Source of the DNA: an uncultured Gammaproteobacteria bacterium
Lineage (GTDB): Bacteria > Pseudomonadota > Gammaproteobacteria > JABCZS01
Assembly: GCA_963848305.1 (NCBI GenBank)
Contig: CAWKDC010000001.1
Location: forward strand, 768,001-832,000
DNA: 64,000 nucleotides
Direction of reading: 5' to 3'
Under the pieces are notes generated by a model. The model was given only the letters and a program-made list of their open reading frames with translations. It was not told the DNA's origin and made no database searches. Below, piece by piece: positions 61,770 through 64,000 of the stretch. The translations under genes were made by a program, and so were the position numbers. Position 1 is the stretch's first letter, and each line of letters starts with the position of its first letter.

Positions 61770-62891
61770 CTATTTCAAAGAATTGCGCACAGGGTTTCCC
61801 TGCTCTCCGGCTGTCGGGTGAGCCCGCTGTTCAAGGTTTTGTTTGAAGTTGTTAAGCGCTGATGTTTTTGCTCGACATAGTTTTTCAAGGACGCCCCCCC
61901 GCCTGTGCGGCCAAGTCGCGTGCCCGCCTGCTGGAGCCGCCAGGCACGCGTAAATCGCAAAATCAAAACCCAAACCCCTCGTGGGCGGAGAAGAAATTGG
62001 AGGGAAATATGAAATATCAGAAGATGATTGATAATTGTGTAAAGTAAGAGAACGGGCGGGGGGCTGGTTTTGCTCTACGCGATAGTAAAGCCCTTGGCAG
62101 AATGCCTGAGCATCAATGGCCGGAACCAAACGCTCTAAATAACCAATCACTTTACGCCAAAAAAGAGATAGTTGGTTTCCATTCCAGGGGGCCCAGTTTT
62201 GATTGTATCGATTAAAGGCTTCAATCAAATAATTGAGATTAAAGTGATGACCTTCGGTGACTTCTTTGGGAACAAAATAGTGTCTGAATTCATTTAAAAC
62301 CGCTCGGGTTTCGGGGCTTGTTGTGTCATTTGTGAGGGCATTGACTATCTTATCCATCAATGCGGTAAATTCAGCTTCGACCTGTGGGTACTCAAAACCA
62401 CTGGGGAATTGCTCTTGCATTTGTCTTTGTGCGCGCTGTATTCCTGTTTCGATAGTCTCGCCGTTTTCATCCCGATAAACAACTTTATCGAAATATTGGG
62501 CCATGAAATGGTAAATCTCACTGTCTCCCGTACCTAAGGCGGCTTTAAGGGCAGAGCTTTTAACCCTTCTTGGCACCACTCGGTCTTCATCTATACCCGA
62601 TGCCCATTCAACCCCGCTCGTTTCAATAAACATGATTTTGGGATTGGCAGCAATCATCGCTTTTGCTTTTTTGACATTCTCTTCGGTGGGCTTTAAAACA
62701 TAGTCCATGAGCTGCTTTGCAGCGCGTTCATCAAGGTCTGGCTGAATCCAAGCGCGAGTTTCACGGTTCATAATCAAGGTCGCTGCCGTGGCGGATGCTG
62801 AATACTTCGCAATTCTGGCAATCAGCGCAGCGGGTAAAGCCGGTTCTGTAGATACTTCAGGTTCCTTTGATTTAAACATGGAATAGCCCAA
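61770..62891 (-). CDS. Legionellales-type effector-like hypothetical protein (transposon passenger); likely start ATG 62879
   Basis: Long ORF; HFN...LFWRKVIGYLER..PA.DAQAFCQGLY...GLGFDFAI...LCRAKT resembles, from memory, a Legionella hypothetical/effector family. Confidence 0.7.
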   Translation of the reverse strand: MGYSMFKSKEPEVSTEPALPAALIARIAKYSASATAATLIMNRETRAWIQPDLDERAAKQLMDYVLKPTEENVKKAKAMIAANPKIMFIETSGVEWASGIDEDRVVPRRVKSSALKAALGTGDSEIYHFMAQYFDKVVYRDENGETIETGIQRAQRQMQEQFPSGFEYPQVEAEFTALMDKIVNALTNDTTSPETRAVLNEFRHYFVPKEVTEGHHFNLNYLIEAFNRYNQNWAPWNGNQLSLFWRKVIGYLERLVPAIDAQAFCQGLYYRVEQNQPPARSLTLHNYQSSSDISYFPPISSPPTRGLGFDFAIYACLAAPAGGHATWPHRRGGVLEKLCRAKTSALNNFKQNLEQRAHPTAGEQGNPVRNSLK

Positions 62892-63036
62892 CGAAGAACA
62901 TAAGTTAGAAAGAAGAATACCGTAAAGACACTATAAAGTCAAATACCCAAGGCCATTAGGAGAATAAAACCAGGTTAAAATAGAGGTTTTATGTTTGAAA
63001 TCAGGTGGTTGCCTCGAGAATGTCAACAGGCCCTAG

Positions 63037-63106
63037 TGTGGAGGGGCCCCGCGCTGAGTTTATCCCCCCGAAAGCAGGGACGTTGCTACCTTCAGAGGGG
63101 GGCTAG
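63037..63106 (+). other. Displaced original 3' end of the ankyrin gene
   Basis: Rejoining at CTAG gives the in-frame tail SVEGPRAEFIPPKAGTLLPSEGG* ending at TAG 63104-63106. Confidence 0.65.
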
Positions 63107-63273
63107 AATACAATGCCCTTCAAGTACGAGAGGCATAGATCCTCCAGAGGATTTTTGTTATAAAAATTAAATAAATCAACAGGATAAATAATAAATCCTC
63201 TCTGATGATAGCGCTTTCTTGACAATATATTCGTAAAGAAGGATAATCAAATTTATTTGATGTGGGAGTATGT

Positions 63274-63786
63274 ATGATAACTCATTCAAGAAATCTAAGT
63301 CTGCTGACAGCAGGGACAGGCCTGGCTGCGCTAGGGTTAATGCTTGGTGCCGATACGAATGGGAACGATAATGCCTACGATGGTATTGAAACGTCCTTTG
63401 TTTTTGCCAAGTCTTTCGCCCTTGAAACTATGTTACCTTTAATGGCGGGAGCGATTTTGTTGCTGGGGTCAGGAGGACTTTTGTTTCTTCTACAGAATAA
63501 GGATGACGAACGTTATAGGGTTCTTCTCCATAAGATAACGCCATTATTCGCTGCAGTGGTCATGATCGGCGCATGCTTTTCACTTTATAATGGTTTTGGG
63601 CCTGAAATGACAGGTGATGAGTGGAATCAACCTTCCAACAATATGGAAAAGGGTATTTTTGGTGGTCTATGGGGTGGTTTATTGGCAGCAGCGACAGGGA
63701 CTTTTGTCGGTCATACTTACCAGGCATTCAGAGCAAAATCGACCGATACTGGTGCAAGTAGCAATAGCGCAACACTACTCTCCTGA
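63274..63786 (+). CDS. Hypothetical 4-TM membrane protein
   Basis: GGGAG RBS before ATG 63274; four hydrophobic segments. Confidence 0.6.
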   Translation: MITHSRNLSLLTAGTGLAALGLMLGADTNGNDNAYDGIETSFVFAKSFALETMLPLMAGAILLLGSGGLLFLLQNKDDERYRVLLHKITPLFAAVVMIGACFSLYNGFGPEMTGDEWNQPSNNMEKGIFGGLWGGLLAAATGTFVGHTYQAFRAKSTDTGASSNSATLLS

Positions 63787-63850
63787 ATGCGCTTTGTGTG
63801 AAAACACAAGTAATTTTCCTATATCACCGCTTTCGCGGGGGTAAACTCCC

Positions 63851-63866
63851 TTGCGCCCGTGCCCCG
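63851..63866 (+). repeat. Partial copy of the REP-like repeat
   Basis: TTGCGCCCGTGCCCCG is the exact reverse complement of 50134-50149. Confidence 0.5.
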
Positions 63867-64000
63867 CAGGATCGGAGCCAATACAAGATATGATAATGGT
63901 ATCATTTTTTGTTGAATCTATATATCCTTCACTCGGCACATGATAAACAGGAATAAACAAAATGATACGTCCATTGTAAAAATGAGGACACCAACTCTCA

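Larger units (their letters stand above)
61498..63036 (-). mobile_element. IS5-family-derived non-autonomous transposon with a passenger gene
   Basis: Ends CTAGGGGCTGTTGACATT and AATGTCAACAGGCCCTAG are inverted (17/18), with CTAG at both junctions; contains a transposase remnant. Confidence 0.85.

Noticed and set aside
63123-63133. AGTACGAGAGG match to the 23S sarcin-ricin loop
   Set aside because: Only 11 nt with no flanking rRNA similarity; compatible with chance.

Overview
Bacterial chromosome window from a gammaproteobacterium that looks Legionellales/Coxiella-like and host-associated (inferred from gene content, not confirmed). Layout: (1) 1-5.5 kb, hyfB-C-E-F-G membrane hydrogenase-4/Ehr-type cluster on the minus strand, running off the left edge. 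(2) About 5.6-23.7 kb, an AT-rich accessory island with two paralogous PAS-LuxR regulators, ankyrin and effector-like ORFs, detox/resistance-type genes (VanX, GNATs, GyrI-like, APH, ABC-F remnant, methyltransferases, ABC exporter), and eight copies of a 19-bp palindrome TAGGGGA-N5-TCCCCTA, seven of them 21-24 nt upstream of a -10 hexamer. (3) About 23.7-55 kb, core genes: radA, DAACS symporter, archaeal/eukaryote-type proS, lapB-lapA-ihfB, rpsA-cmk-vestigial aroA-gyrA, ubiG, yciK, dapB, aas-like fusion, minor pilin-like genes, an Rpn nuclease, truB-rbfA-infB-nusA-rimP-tRNA-fMet. (4) 55-64 kb, L,D-transpeptidase, class IV aminotransferase, GH3 glucosidase, and an ankyrin gene interrupted by an IS5-derived non-autonomous transposon carrying an effector-like passenger gene with a sharply bounded 80% GC patch. 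Several single-base frameshifts in otherwise intact genes suggest residual assembly indel errors. Top candidates for novelty: the two-sensor PAS-LuxR palindrome regulon (including a tiny duplicated-motif peptide), the effector-carrying mini-transposon with its GC-rich patch, and an intragenic Rpn antitoxin start.
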